DNA of 64,000 bases from Amoebophrya sp. A120 (lineage: Eukaryota > Protista > Dinoflagellata), in assembly GCA_905178155.1 (NCBI GenBank), contig CAJINV010000002.1:4543694-4607693 (forward strand), read 5' to 3'. Made by a program: the position numbers and the translations under genes. Below are positions 14,301 through 26,300 of this stretch, in pieces; position 1 is the first letter of the stretch, and the number at the start of each line of letters is the position of its first letter. The notes beneath the pieces were generated by a model. It had not been told where the DNA came from. It saw only the letters and a list, made by a program, of their open reading frames with translations, and did not search any database.

Positions 14301-17300
14301 GCAAAAACACTATCACTCTTTGCACGATCAAGCCTTCTTCGCATGGCAACTTCTCGGCGATGTCGCGCTAAATAGCACTAGAATTAATATCCGCCCCAAA
14401 TCTGTAATGCAAAAGACGCAATCTTCCTCCTTTCACTTTTGCTTTTGGCATTCTTAGGACATCAGAAATTCATGCAACAGCTGAGAATTTGTAAGAACGT
14501 TTGAGAGCCCCATACTCGAAAAGTTTGACTTTGGGTTATCAACTGTAAAAATGTCTGGGTCTGGAAAAAATCACGTTTGTCATGCTTGTCTGGCATGACT
14601 CTTAAATCTGTCATGCACGTTACCCAAGAGCTCCGTTTTTCTGTGATGCAGAAGCGCACTCTGTCATGCAGAATAGGCAAGACCTAGGAGCTCAGAAACT
14701 TGTCATGCTGAGCCAGCATTTGTAGCCTCATCATGAGACGCCACCCAGCATCACAAGTTTCCAGACCCAGACATTTTTACAATCCATATGGGTTTACGGC
14801 CGACAAATGGTTCCGTTATGCAAGAAAAAAACGGTGTAAGTGTAAATCTGTGTTGCAGAGGATGAAAGACACTTACACTTCTTGTCATGCTGGACATGCA
14901 TCAGAGATTTGTTTTGTACGTGTTCTTTTCACGTACTAGCTGCGCATGAGAGGTTTTCTCTATCATGCAGAGCATATTTGTGACGCTGTTCCTCCAAGTA
15001 GAAAGTTACACTTACACACTTTTTTCTTGGATATCCGTATTCCATCCTTCATGCAGGAATACATGGGTTCGGCCTTCACCGACTACGTCCCGCCCGCTCT
15101 GCAGGCCGCGACCAGACTAACGGTATGACAGTGCACAACTACTACCCCTCCCCCTCATTTGTCATGTAAAATGCCAAATCCAGTCGCTTCCCTGCGGCAC
15201 TGTTTGCATGACAAATATCGAAATAAGCGGAAACAGTATGTTTGTATATGTTTCGTAATAAGCGTTTGTCTTATTTGTGTTGCTGTTCATGCAATGCAAA
15301 TGAGCGAATTGGGGAGCAGTTGCGCACTCTCATAAGCGGCATTCGGTCTGGATAAGGCCCTGGGTGGCATCACGGTGTTTGAGTCGCCCGCGGCACGCGC
15401 GGCATATCCCGAGTAAATAAAACGTCTCCAGCACCCCGTAGTTGTAATGCAAATCCCCATGCTGAAAATGTTACTCATGCGGAGCCCCATGAGAAGCATT
15501 TTGCAGCCGTGTTTCGCAATTTGTCATGGTGCAATAAGCATGATATACTAGATCAGTGATGCTGCTGAACAAGCGAAACTGGATTGTACAACCAGACCAC
15601 AAACTTGTCATGCGCCACAGCCAAAGCTGGCTGCTTTGTCTAGCAGGTTTCCCATCTTGACTATGGGCGGGTGGGGACGTTTTTACACAGGACGCGGCAG
15701 ACTCCATGTTTTTCAACTGGTTTACCGACGTGACCTATGCATTGCAAAAATATCTGGCTCTGGAACAAAGCAACTTGTCATGCCAAATCTGAATCACGTA
15801 AAAATCTGTGTTGCATGATTACCGAAAGCTGTCCACTTTTCACGTAATCGAGAGGCAGTTTCTCATGCAGGATAGGCATGCTAGAACTCTCACAAAATCT
15901 GTCATGCTATGTCCTACATACCAGACCTCATGGGTCATGGAAAACCTGCATGAGAAGTCTGGCATTCTTCCTGACCCAGACATATTTGTATTTGATATGA
16001 CCACAAGCGACCTGCGCATCATTGGAAGCACCAACAATCGCGAGTTCTACGACAACATGGGACTGCACGACTACCTTCTCACCGGTTTAGATTCGCAGCA
16101 CCCGCTAAACCCCTACGACCACATATCCTGTGTAAAAACGTCCCCACCCCAGCTAGAGTTGTAATGCAAATCTGCATGCTTAAAATGTTTCTCATGCGGA
16201 GACACACGAGAGGCGTTTTCTAGGGGTGGTTTGAGATTTATTGTCATGCTCGAATCAGCATGACAAACTGAATATGTGATGCCGCTGCACTAGCTAAACA
16301 CGACTACATGGCGAGCAGCCCAAACTTGTCATGCGCGACAGCCAAAGCTTAGGGATTTGTATAGCAGATTTCCCATGATCTTGACAACTAAGGGGTGGAC
16401 ACGTTTTGCCTCAGGATGCCACATCTTTCGTATCCACCTGGACATGCTGTACGGGCAAGGGTTCGCGCCCATAGACGCGCTGCGCAAAAACATGGGGCAG
16501 TGGCAGCAGAGCGTCCTGCAGCAGGCCTCCTTGGGCGACATCCAGGGGGGCGTTTTGGATCTGATGGGTTTGCTGTTCCAACTTTCCATGAACGCGGCGG
16601 TGTTTGACTATGCAACACAAATTTCCCGTACATGTACAAGATGCATCACAAATTTCACCAATTTGGAGTGTGAAACTTGTCATGCTAAACTAGGATCGAA
16701 GCCAAGTTTTGCCATGCAGAGACCGCATTTGTACGTGTACAGGAAATTTACTGTGGATATTGACACCTATTACCGCATGCAGCTCGGTGAAGACAACGAT
16801 TTGGTGTTTATATGACCTGCAAAAGTATCGTACTCGTATAAATGCATGACAAATTCCCTCAGCATGAGAAATAAAACTTGTAATGAGGATTTACCTTGAG
16901 AAAAAAATTTGCAATGCATGATTGCACTACGAGTGCGATACTTTTGCACAGGATAGTTTACGCTGGAAACCAACGAAAAGTCCACTGCTTCGGTATCAAA
17001 AGGAAAAATCCCCCCTCCCCATATCGAAGAGGAAATTTGTGATGCTGGATCATTTGGATACACAAAACAAATTTGTGTTGCAGTAGAGGACTGCAGGGCC
17101 ATAATCGTGCCTGAGTAGACAGCTTTTGGCCTAGGCACTTAGCATGACAGAGGTCTACGCTGTAGGAACAACAGCATGACAAACCGCCTGTAGAATTCGG
17201 CGGAGTCTGTGGAGTTGCCTGCATGCAACACAAAGACGATTTGTGGTCACAAATCGGCAACGCAAATTTTCGAAAACGCACCTTGTCAATATGGAGAGGG

Positions 17301-20300
17301 GGGATTTTTCCTCACAATATTCGGAAGTGGGCGGTAAGCAGGGGCGCTACTGCTCCGCAAACACGCACAAGCTGTACGGGCTTTGGGAGCGCACGCTGGA
17401 ACGTATCCCACTGGACATGAAAAATCCGTTCCTGATGGAGCGGCGCCAGTGGATCACGATGGGCATGCACCTCGGGGCAAGGATGCCGGTTCTGGACCTA
17501 CACACCCACGACATTGGAAGGTACTATAACTTATGAGGAACATCATGATCTTCAATGGCACTACGAGATGAGGACCAACAAGACAAAGGTCAAAGCAGTT
17601 TATTTCAAGTCCTCGCTGCACGAGCGGACTATTGAAATTGGTTTGTTTTGATGTGTAACATGTTAGAGGTTCCTTTTTTTCATCCAAATTACACAGGTAC
17701 CACCAGTGGCACAATGACACCAGCAAGAAGCACCACTCTCTGTGGGGGCGCAGCCATGCGGTGGAGAAACAGAAGCACAAATCGCAAGCCATTGTCTTAC
17801 AGCTTGGATGGCCATTAGATTTCTCTGTGGTGAATTTCCGTTGATTTTAGGGGCCTGCAAGAGTTCGATAGTGGCTCCGCGAATATTCTTTCCCGCAAAG
17901 ATCGACATCCACCCGATGAAGAAGCCGGGGCGACCTAACGCCCAAAAGGCTCCCGGTGGTGGCGGAATTTTTCCCGGGAAAAAAAACGGGATGGGGCGTC
18001 GCAGTGTGTAGCTGCATTGTCAGCGCCCTATCCCCCGGGTGATGAGTTGCGAAGTAGCTTCGCGTGGTTACTTTTTGTTTTGTGGGTGCTGCGGATGGTT
18101 TGCCGGGCTCGGTGGTTTGGGTCTGCCAGATGCTCTCCATAGCATGGAGAGCATCTGGCAGCTCAAGTAGCACTCACAAAAAAATCATTGCCATAGCATG
18201 GCGTTTCGCTTTGAAAAGCAGCCCTTTCCCGATGGTGCTGTTGTTTTCCCCTTGTCTTTCTTGCCCAAAATTGAAACACGGAAGCTGAGAGTTGAAGCTG
18301 AATGATTCAAAGTCATGAAGCCACCAAACGACTCAACTTCAACAAAAAAGAAAAAAGTAGCCGCCTGCCAAGGGTGTTGCGTGGTGAGGATTTTCATCCA
18401 AACGGATTGACCCATGCCAGGGATCATAACGGGCGGGGCGACTTCTGTTTTTGCCTTCCATTTCGCAGACCACGACTACCCTGAAAGCCGAATGGTGACA
18501 CAGGACCGCCTTCAAAAATCACTGGAAATTCACCGGCCTTAAAGCTAATGGGTGCCCAAGCTCTAAGCCATGCCCCGGAGAAACAGAAGCACAAATCGCA
18601 AGCAAAAACAGCCCTCCCCTTCTCGGTGCTGGAAACAAAACAGAAACAGAAAAAATCGCAATTTTGGAAATCCGTGAAATCTTGGTGGAGCGGAGGCAGT
18701 TCAAAGAAGGAAGACGAGGGGGCTATCAAAATGAAGAATCCCCCCACCCCATACTCAAACTAGAAATTTGTGATGCAGATTTGTGGCCACAAATCAGCTT
18801 TGTCATGCTAGAAGGGAAAAGAAGCGGACTGTAGGGCTGGTTGGAGTGGGAAAGCCTTGCATCATCAGCATGACAGGGGGGAGCTGGAAGTGGGAAACAG
18901 CATGACCAATTGCCTGCAAACGAGGCCACAACTGCGTCTCTTGTGCTTCTAGCTTTACAAGTCGATTTGTGTACTCAAATACAGCATAACAAATTTCGTT
19001 TTCGATATGGGAAGGAGGGATTTTTTCTTTTGATAGGGGCGGCCGGAGCTGCTTCAGAAACCGGGCCTGAGCATGACGGGGGCGAAGAGATAAAATCAAC
19101 AACTCCTGTTGCTGGCGCGGGTAAAGAAGATCCTGCTCCCGCTGATAGTAGTGGTAGTAGTGCAAGTACTACTAGTACTACGACCTCCACGAGCACCACA
19201 ACTAGCAGGAGAAAGTACTTTCAGTTTTCCGACCCCGTGCAGGACACCAGAGCGCAGCTTCTCATTTGGGTATCAACTGCAAAAATGTCTGGGTCTGGAC
19301 ACTTGTGATGCTGGGTGGCGTATCATGAGGAGGCCACAAGTGCTCGCTCAGCATGACAAGTTTCTGAGCTTCTAGGTGTAGTTGCCCGCTCTGCATGACA
19401 AACTGCGTTTCTGCATGACAGAAACATAAGGCTCTTGGGTAATGTGCATGACAGATTTAAGAGTCATGCGAGACAAGCATGACAAACTTGCAACCTTCCA
19501 GACCCAGACACTTTTGCAATGCATATTGGGAGGCGGAAGACGAGTCACTTGCAACAGCTCGCGCCCTCGTCCCGGCCGTGCCGCCGCCGTTTTGGGACGT
19601 GGTGTTTTTCAGCAAGCAGCTGGGACTAGTTGACGGGCTACAGGATAAGGTCGGTGGTCTGTTCACCACACTGGGAGAGATGAAGACCAGTCTTCTCTAC
19701 TCGTTGTGGGGGAACGTTCCCGTGCAGAGCTTGTTCGTTCCCCTCGCAGAAAAGCTGGACGAATTTCTGGTGAAATACACCCGGCTCAAGGGCTGGCTAT
19801 GAATTGCAGCAAAAGCATCGTACTAGTACGAATTGCATGACAAATTGGCTTAGCATTACAGATTGAATTTGTAATGCGGATATGCGTTACGAAAAAGATT
19901 TGTAATGCATAAACGCAATTGTTAGTACGAGCGCGATACTTTTGCAGTGCATACTGGCGGAGCTACTACGACGCGAAGCCGACCTCGATCATGGATTTGG
20001 TGGAGGACCCGGTGTATGCACTGCAAAAGTATCTAGTATGATTTGCATGACAAATTAGCTCAGCATGAAAAGGGGAATTTGTCATGCTGTTTTACCTTGG
20101 GATGGAGATTTGTAATGCATGACTGCGAAGATTACTACGAGTATGATACTTTTGCAGTACATACTGTCCAGGCCAACTGCGACTTCGATGATGAGGACCG
20201 AAAAGTGTGTATCATTTGTAAAAACGCCTCCATCTTCCCAGAGTTGTAATGCAAATCTGCATGATGCTGAAAATGTTTCTCATGCGGAGACCCACGAGAA

Positions 20301-23300
20301 AGAGCTGTCTCTACTGGTGTTTTGAGATTTGTGATGCGCAAATCCGCACTGCGTGGTAGATCTGTGATGCTGCTGCACTAGCGAAACACGACTACCACAT
20401 TGCGAGCCCAAAGAACTTGTTATGCGCAACAGCCAAACCTTGGCGCTTTGTCTAGCAGATTTCCCATCTTGACTTTGGGGTCGTGGGGACGTTTTTGCTC
20501 ACCATAGTGCGCCAGCTGCTCCAATCTGAGCGTGCGAACTATGGCGTTCTCAACTGTTACGTGTTCAACTGTTACATGGTGGATTTGTGATGCAAGAATG
20601 GCAAACGTGAAAGGGGGAAGGTTGCGCCTGTAGCATTACAAATTCTGAACAAATTTAGGTGCTGTTTGGCCCTTCGCAAATTTGTCATGCGAAGCAGCTT
20701 GATCGTGTGGATGGTGATGGCATTTTTGCATGACAAATTCATGCAACAGCTGAGAGTGTAACGTTTGAGAACCCCATACGAACGGGATGCAGGTGAACCA
20801 GATGACCGACCCCGAGAGGCAGCAGATGAAGCAGGCGTTGACTGTCGATGCCAAGGAGGAGGCGCTGGAGGAGCAAGAAAGTTCGATGCAGCACTATTTC
20901 GACAGTACGGCCTATCCTACGCAAAAACGGCCCGACGACACCGTAGGCAAGATGGAAAATTTGCTTCACAGATCCGCAAGTCTTGGCTGTCGCGCATGAC
21001 AAGTTTGGGCTAGAAGTAGTGTAGTAGTCCTCTTTACCTGCTGCTAGCGCAACAGCATTACGAATCGACTACCTTATCGTTATCCTAATTCGAGCATGAC
21101 AAATCCCAAAACAGCGTTAGAGAATACTCCTCATGGGACTGTGTCGATGAGAAACTACCTGTTAGGTGTGCAGATTTGCATGACAACTCTGGGGAGGTGG
21201 GGACGTTTTTGCTCAGCATACGGCAAAGCAGCTGTTTATGGATGTGTCAGAGTTGAAATCGTGAAAGTTGAAATAGTTTGTCATGCATAAAATGGATGCC
21301 AGTTGGAACCCAGTTGCCAAGTGGCGCATGACAAACTTCGGCGGTCCCTAAATCCAGTTTGTCATGCTGTTTAGGCAAAGAAGAGCGATTTTCTCATGCT
21401 ACTTTAGCAGCTCGATCTGTAACCCCAAACAGGCTGACAATCGGCCTCACTTGCCTGCTCTGCAACACACGTACCTCGGGTCATGCATTTTATGCATTAC
21501 AAATTATTTCAACTTTGACGATTTCAAACCTGACGCTTCCATACTATTTGAGCAAAATGACGTGTTGCGGGAGAGCGACAAGGTGCGGAGCGCGCGCGCC
21601 AGGGTGCTCATATGCATTCTTGCAAAAGTAATATCGTACTAGTAGAAATCGCATCACAAGTTTATTGGTCGGTATGAAAGATGGATTTTTTAATGCTGTG
21701 ATTAGTGTACACTGATAGATCTGTCATGTTGCCTGATTGCCATTTTTACTACGAGTGCGATATTACTTTTGCAATGCATAGCTCAATAGCCAAAGCGAAA
21801 GCACCGCAGCTGCCGCGCAAGAGGCGGAAGACACACTGCAGGGGCGGAAGGAGCACCTCGCGCAGAGGGCTATGGAGTCGCTGCTGCCCCAGGGACCGGA
21901 GCGCTTGCGGGATTTTGTGGAAACCTTCCCGTTATGCTTTGCAAAAGTAAAAGTATCGTACTCCTAGTGGAAATTATCGCATTACAACTTCGGTCAGCAT
22001 GACAAATGGAATTTGTCACGCTGTTTTACCTTGGGATGGAGATTTGTAATGCATGATTTCGATTACTCCGCGTGCGATACAACTTTTGCACAGGATACCC
22101 CTTCCGCCTCATTTTCCCGCACGGGATGGTGCTGGCCTGCTCCGCCGTGTATCACGAGGAAAAATCCCCCCTCCCCATATCGAAAAGGTACGCCGCAGAA
22201 AATTTGCAATGCTGACCTGCGACCACAAATCATCTCTGTCTTGCAATAGCAGGCAACATCACACTACATTCCGCCGCATTATGCAGGTGGTTTGTGATGC
22301 TGCTGAGCCTACAGCGCAGACGTGGTCTTTTATACTAAGCGCCTAGACCAAAACCTCGCCCCTGCGCAGGCTTGATATGGGTCCGCAGTCCTCTCCCGCA
22401 AGACAAAGCTGATTTGTGTACGCATTTCAGCAACAGAAATTTCCGTTTTGATATGGAGAGGTGGGATTTTTCACTTTGATACCGTGCCGGCGGTGTTCAT
22501 CGACCGCGAGTCGGCCGACGGATCGGGACGTATCAAACAGAAAAAAATCGTCACGATCACTCATGCGCATTTTTGCAATGCAAAATTTTCTGTCATGCGT
22601 AAAAATGCATCACAGCCAAACTTCGTAACGGATTTCCTTCGTGTGTCTGCAATACAAGGAAAAGTTGTGATGCTAAAAACATTTGTAATGCAAAGCCTTC
22701 AATTTAGTGACTGTGGCAAACTCTGTTCTCTCCATAACACGGCCCAGGATCGCACTGCACAAAGTTTGGGACATGGACCTGGACACCGACGACATGGTAC
22801 AGGCTTGGTCCCTATCAAATGTAAAAATGTCTGGGTCTGGAAGAATGCAAGATTTGTGATGCAGCAGGTTTTCCATGACCCATCAGGTTTGGAATGCGAG
22901 ACCCAACATGACAGATTTTTTGAGGTCTCTATCATGCCTTTCCTGCGTGAGAAACTCCCTCTCAACTTGGTCAAAAGCGGACAGCTTTTGGTACTCACGC
23001 AACACAGATCTATGCATCATTCAGATTTAGCATGACAAGTTCTACCCTTCCAGACCCAGAGACTTTTGCACTTGATAGTCCCGCGCCTACGGCCCCATGG
23101 TGTACGAGGACCTACCGTTGGTTGCGGACCGACATATAAATTGCAAAAGCATCCTACTAGCATGAATTGCATTACAAATTTCCTCAGTACGAGAAATGGA
23201 ATCTGTAATGGTGATTGACCTTATATCAAATGATAAAAGTACTCAACTCTATTTTTACTCATAGGGCAAAAAAAAAATTTTTTGAGTATATTTTTAGTTC

Positions 23301-26300
23301 AGAATTCAAGGCAGGCAGCATCGCCAAAGCGAAAAGGGACTCAAGGTAAGTTGCGGAATGGTCTACCTGTTGTGTGTTTTTCAATGATAATGCTGCTTTT
23401 AATTAATCTAGATCATCTGCAGGCTTAGCTATGTGATTAGCTAGATAATCAAGTGTATTTTTGAACTAATATGAAACGATCTGAAGCCACAGAGCTTGAG
23501 AAGCATTGCCGGGAAGGACTTGCTGGGAGATCGCCGCGGGGTTTGACCAAGGAGGACCGCCTTCAAAAGCGGCCACATTCGTATTTGTGGTTGCAGACGA
23601 GGTAGTTGTGGATCCAGCAGCTGTGCGGATTCGGGCGAATCCGCTGGCCTCGTTCCTGATGAACTAGCTGCTCCGCCTCCGATCGGGTCCTGCGAGAGCT
23701 TTGGTGTAGCTGCTCCTCGGCAAAGTATCCTGCTGAAGACCTCCCAGCAAGTCTTCGTCGGCTGCTTCGGTCAAGCTCTTTAAGCTTGAGGGCTTTTATG
23801 ATGAAAGTCGCTATATAGCTTTGAACTAGCTATTCACTTAGCTAAGCCTGCAGATCTAGCTAGTGAAACATGAATCAAAATGATAAGCAAACTCAAACCT
23901 TCAATTGCTCCAGGTGGATCCGGTGTCGCCAATCCCGAAGCATCTCCTCAGGAGATGCTTTGTTTTTAATAAATAAAAACCTACTCAAAATTTTTTTTTT
24001 TTGCCCTATGAGTAAAAATAGAGTTGAGTACTTTTCTAATGTGATACCTTAGGGAAAAGACTTGTAATGCATATACTGCAATTACAACTACAAGAGCGAT
24101 ACTTTTGTACTGGATACGACACAAGCAGAAGCAAGCAGAAGCGGCGAGGGCAGCAGCTGCCTCGGCCCGCCAAGCGGAAGCGAAGGCTAAGCGCAAACTG
24201 TTGCTGAAGAGGAAAGTAAAAAATAAGAAGCGTCTTTCCCGGAAGCAAAACAAGTGGAAGGAAATTGCGAAGATATCAAATGTAAAAATGTCTGGGTCCG
24301 GAAGAATGCAACTTGTCATGCTAAAAAAATCTGAAGCATGCAAAAATCTGTGTTGCATGATTACCAAAAGTCGTCCAGTTTTGACCAAGTCGGGAGGGAG
24401 CTTCTCATGCAGGATAGGCATGAGAGAGATCGCACAGAATCTGTCATGCTAGGCCCTGCATTCCAGACCTCATGGGTCATGGAAAAGCTGCATGACAAAG
24501 AAGTCGCACACTCTTCCAGACCCAGACACTTTTGCATTTGATAGAAGAGAAATAAGAACAACTTCGTTGGCAAGGCCCTCCGCGGACTTCAGAGCCTCCG
24601 ATCGTCCTTCCTATCAACTGCAAAAATGCCTGGATTTCTGGAAGGCTGCGAACTTGTGGCGCGTGTTGCGGATCATACAAAAATCTGCGTTGCATGACTT
24701 GCAAAAGGTCTCCATTTCTCGCCATGCCGAGAGGGCGTTTCTCAAGCAGAAAGGGCATCACCAGCACGCTGCAGAACCTGTGAAGATGCTAGGCCCTGCA
24801 TTCCAGATTTATTGGCGGAGCTTGGAAAATAAACTGCATGACAAATCTCGGAATCTTTGAGATAACCCAGGCATTTTTGCATTTGATACTTCCAACGCCT
24901 CCACAATGTCAATGACGACTATGTCTCAACGCGCCACATGAACTGGCACCGCAAGGGCCTTCAGATCGAAGAGCCGGAGGACGGTGCAGATGAAGATAAT
25001 ACGACCGCAGCGCCGTCGATGGACGACAAGGTAGTTGACGAACTGCAAAGTGAAAGTAATAGTGAAAAGAACGGGGAACAAGAGCAGAAAAGTGAAACAA
25101 CCTCCTCGAGGACGACTGATAGGACAACAACCGGCGCAAATGAAAATGTTGGGGAGGCAGACGAGCTGGAAGCAGGGGCAGAAAATGAGAACACCTCCCC
25201 TGCAGCGAAAAATGAAACCTCGTCCACGGCCTCCGCCGTGTGGGCGGAAGGTCTCCGGCGCGGGGCGGAAGGCGCCGAAAAGATAAAGGGGCATGCCGAA
25301 GGGGCCGCCAGATATCTTCGTGACAAGGCCGGCGACTATCCTGAGTAAAAACGTACCCACACCAGAGTCAGGATGGGGATTTTGCAACACAAACCTAGGA
25401 GTTTTGTGAGTCACGCATGACAAGTTGCGCCCTGCAGTGTAGTGCAGGTTAGCAAGCGCAGCCGCATCACAGATTCATCTGCTCATCCTGTTCACAGCAT
25501 CACAAATTCAAAAACGCTATTGGAAATGGCTCTCATGGGGATGCGCATTACAAATCTTCCTGTCTTCGCAAATCTGCACTACAACTCTGGCGTGGGGACG
25601 TTTTTACTCAGGATAGCGACGCCGTGCGGTCGCAACTGAGGGGGATGCTGGGCAAAAAGGCCAAAAGGGGCATATAACCCGCTCAGGTCCTACAATCTCA
25701 AGCGTTACAATAGAATATGGAAATCTGTGATGCAAGAGTGCATGATCTAGCCAAGTCTCATAGGATTGCGCATGGCAAGTTCATCCGGGGCCCCAAACCC
25801 CAAAACAATCTGCCGAAATTCGTATTGCAGAAAGTGCCACGCTCGGCGATTCTGTCATGCCGAGCGTGCAACACAAATTCCAGACTCTCTTGTAACGTTT
25901 GAGACTGTAACACCTGAGCAGGTTATAGGGCATCGCGCGGCTGTTCTCGTCCTGGCAAGCGAACCGGTACACGATCAAAGCTATGAATTTTTGCAAAAGT
26001 ATCGTACAGTACTCGTGTAAATGCATTGCAAATTTTCTCAGCATGAGAAATGAAATTTGTAATGCGGAGTTACCTCAAGGAAAAATAATTACGTACGAGT
26101 GCGATACTTTTGCACACGATCAACGCCAACGGGCGGCAGGCGAAAGAAAAAGTGTACTACCCCGTGTCCGAAGTGTGTGCAAAGAAAAAAGTGTTACAGT
26201 TACACATTCCATTGTGTTGCAAGCCCAGCATGACAGACAACCTCTGTCATGCCCGAAATGCTCCCGCGCTTCGTTCCATACATGTTTTCCCTTATGATCT

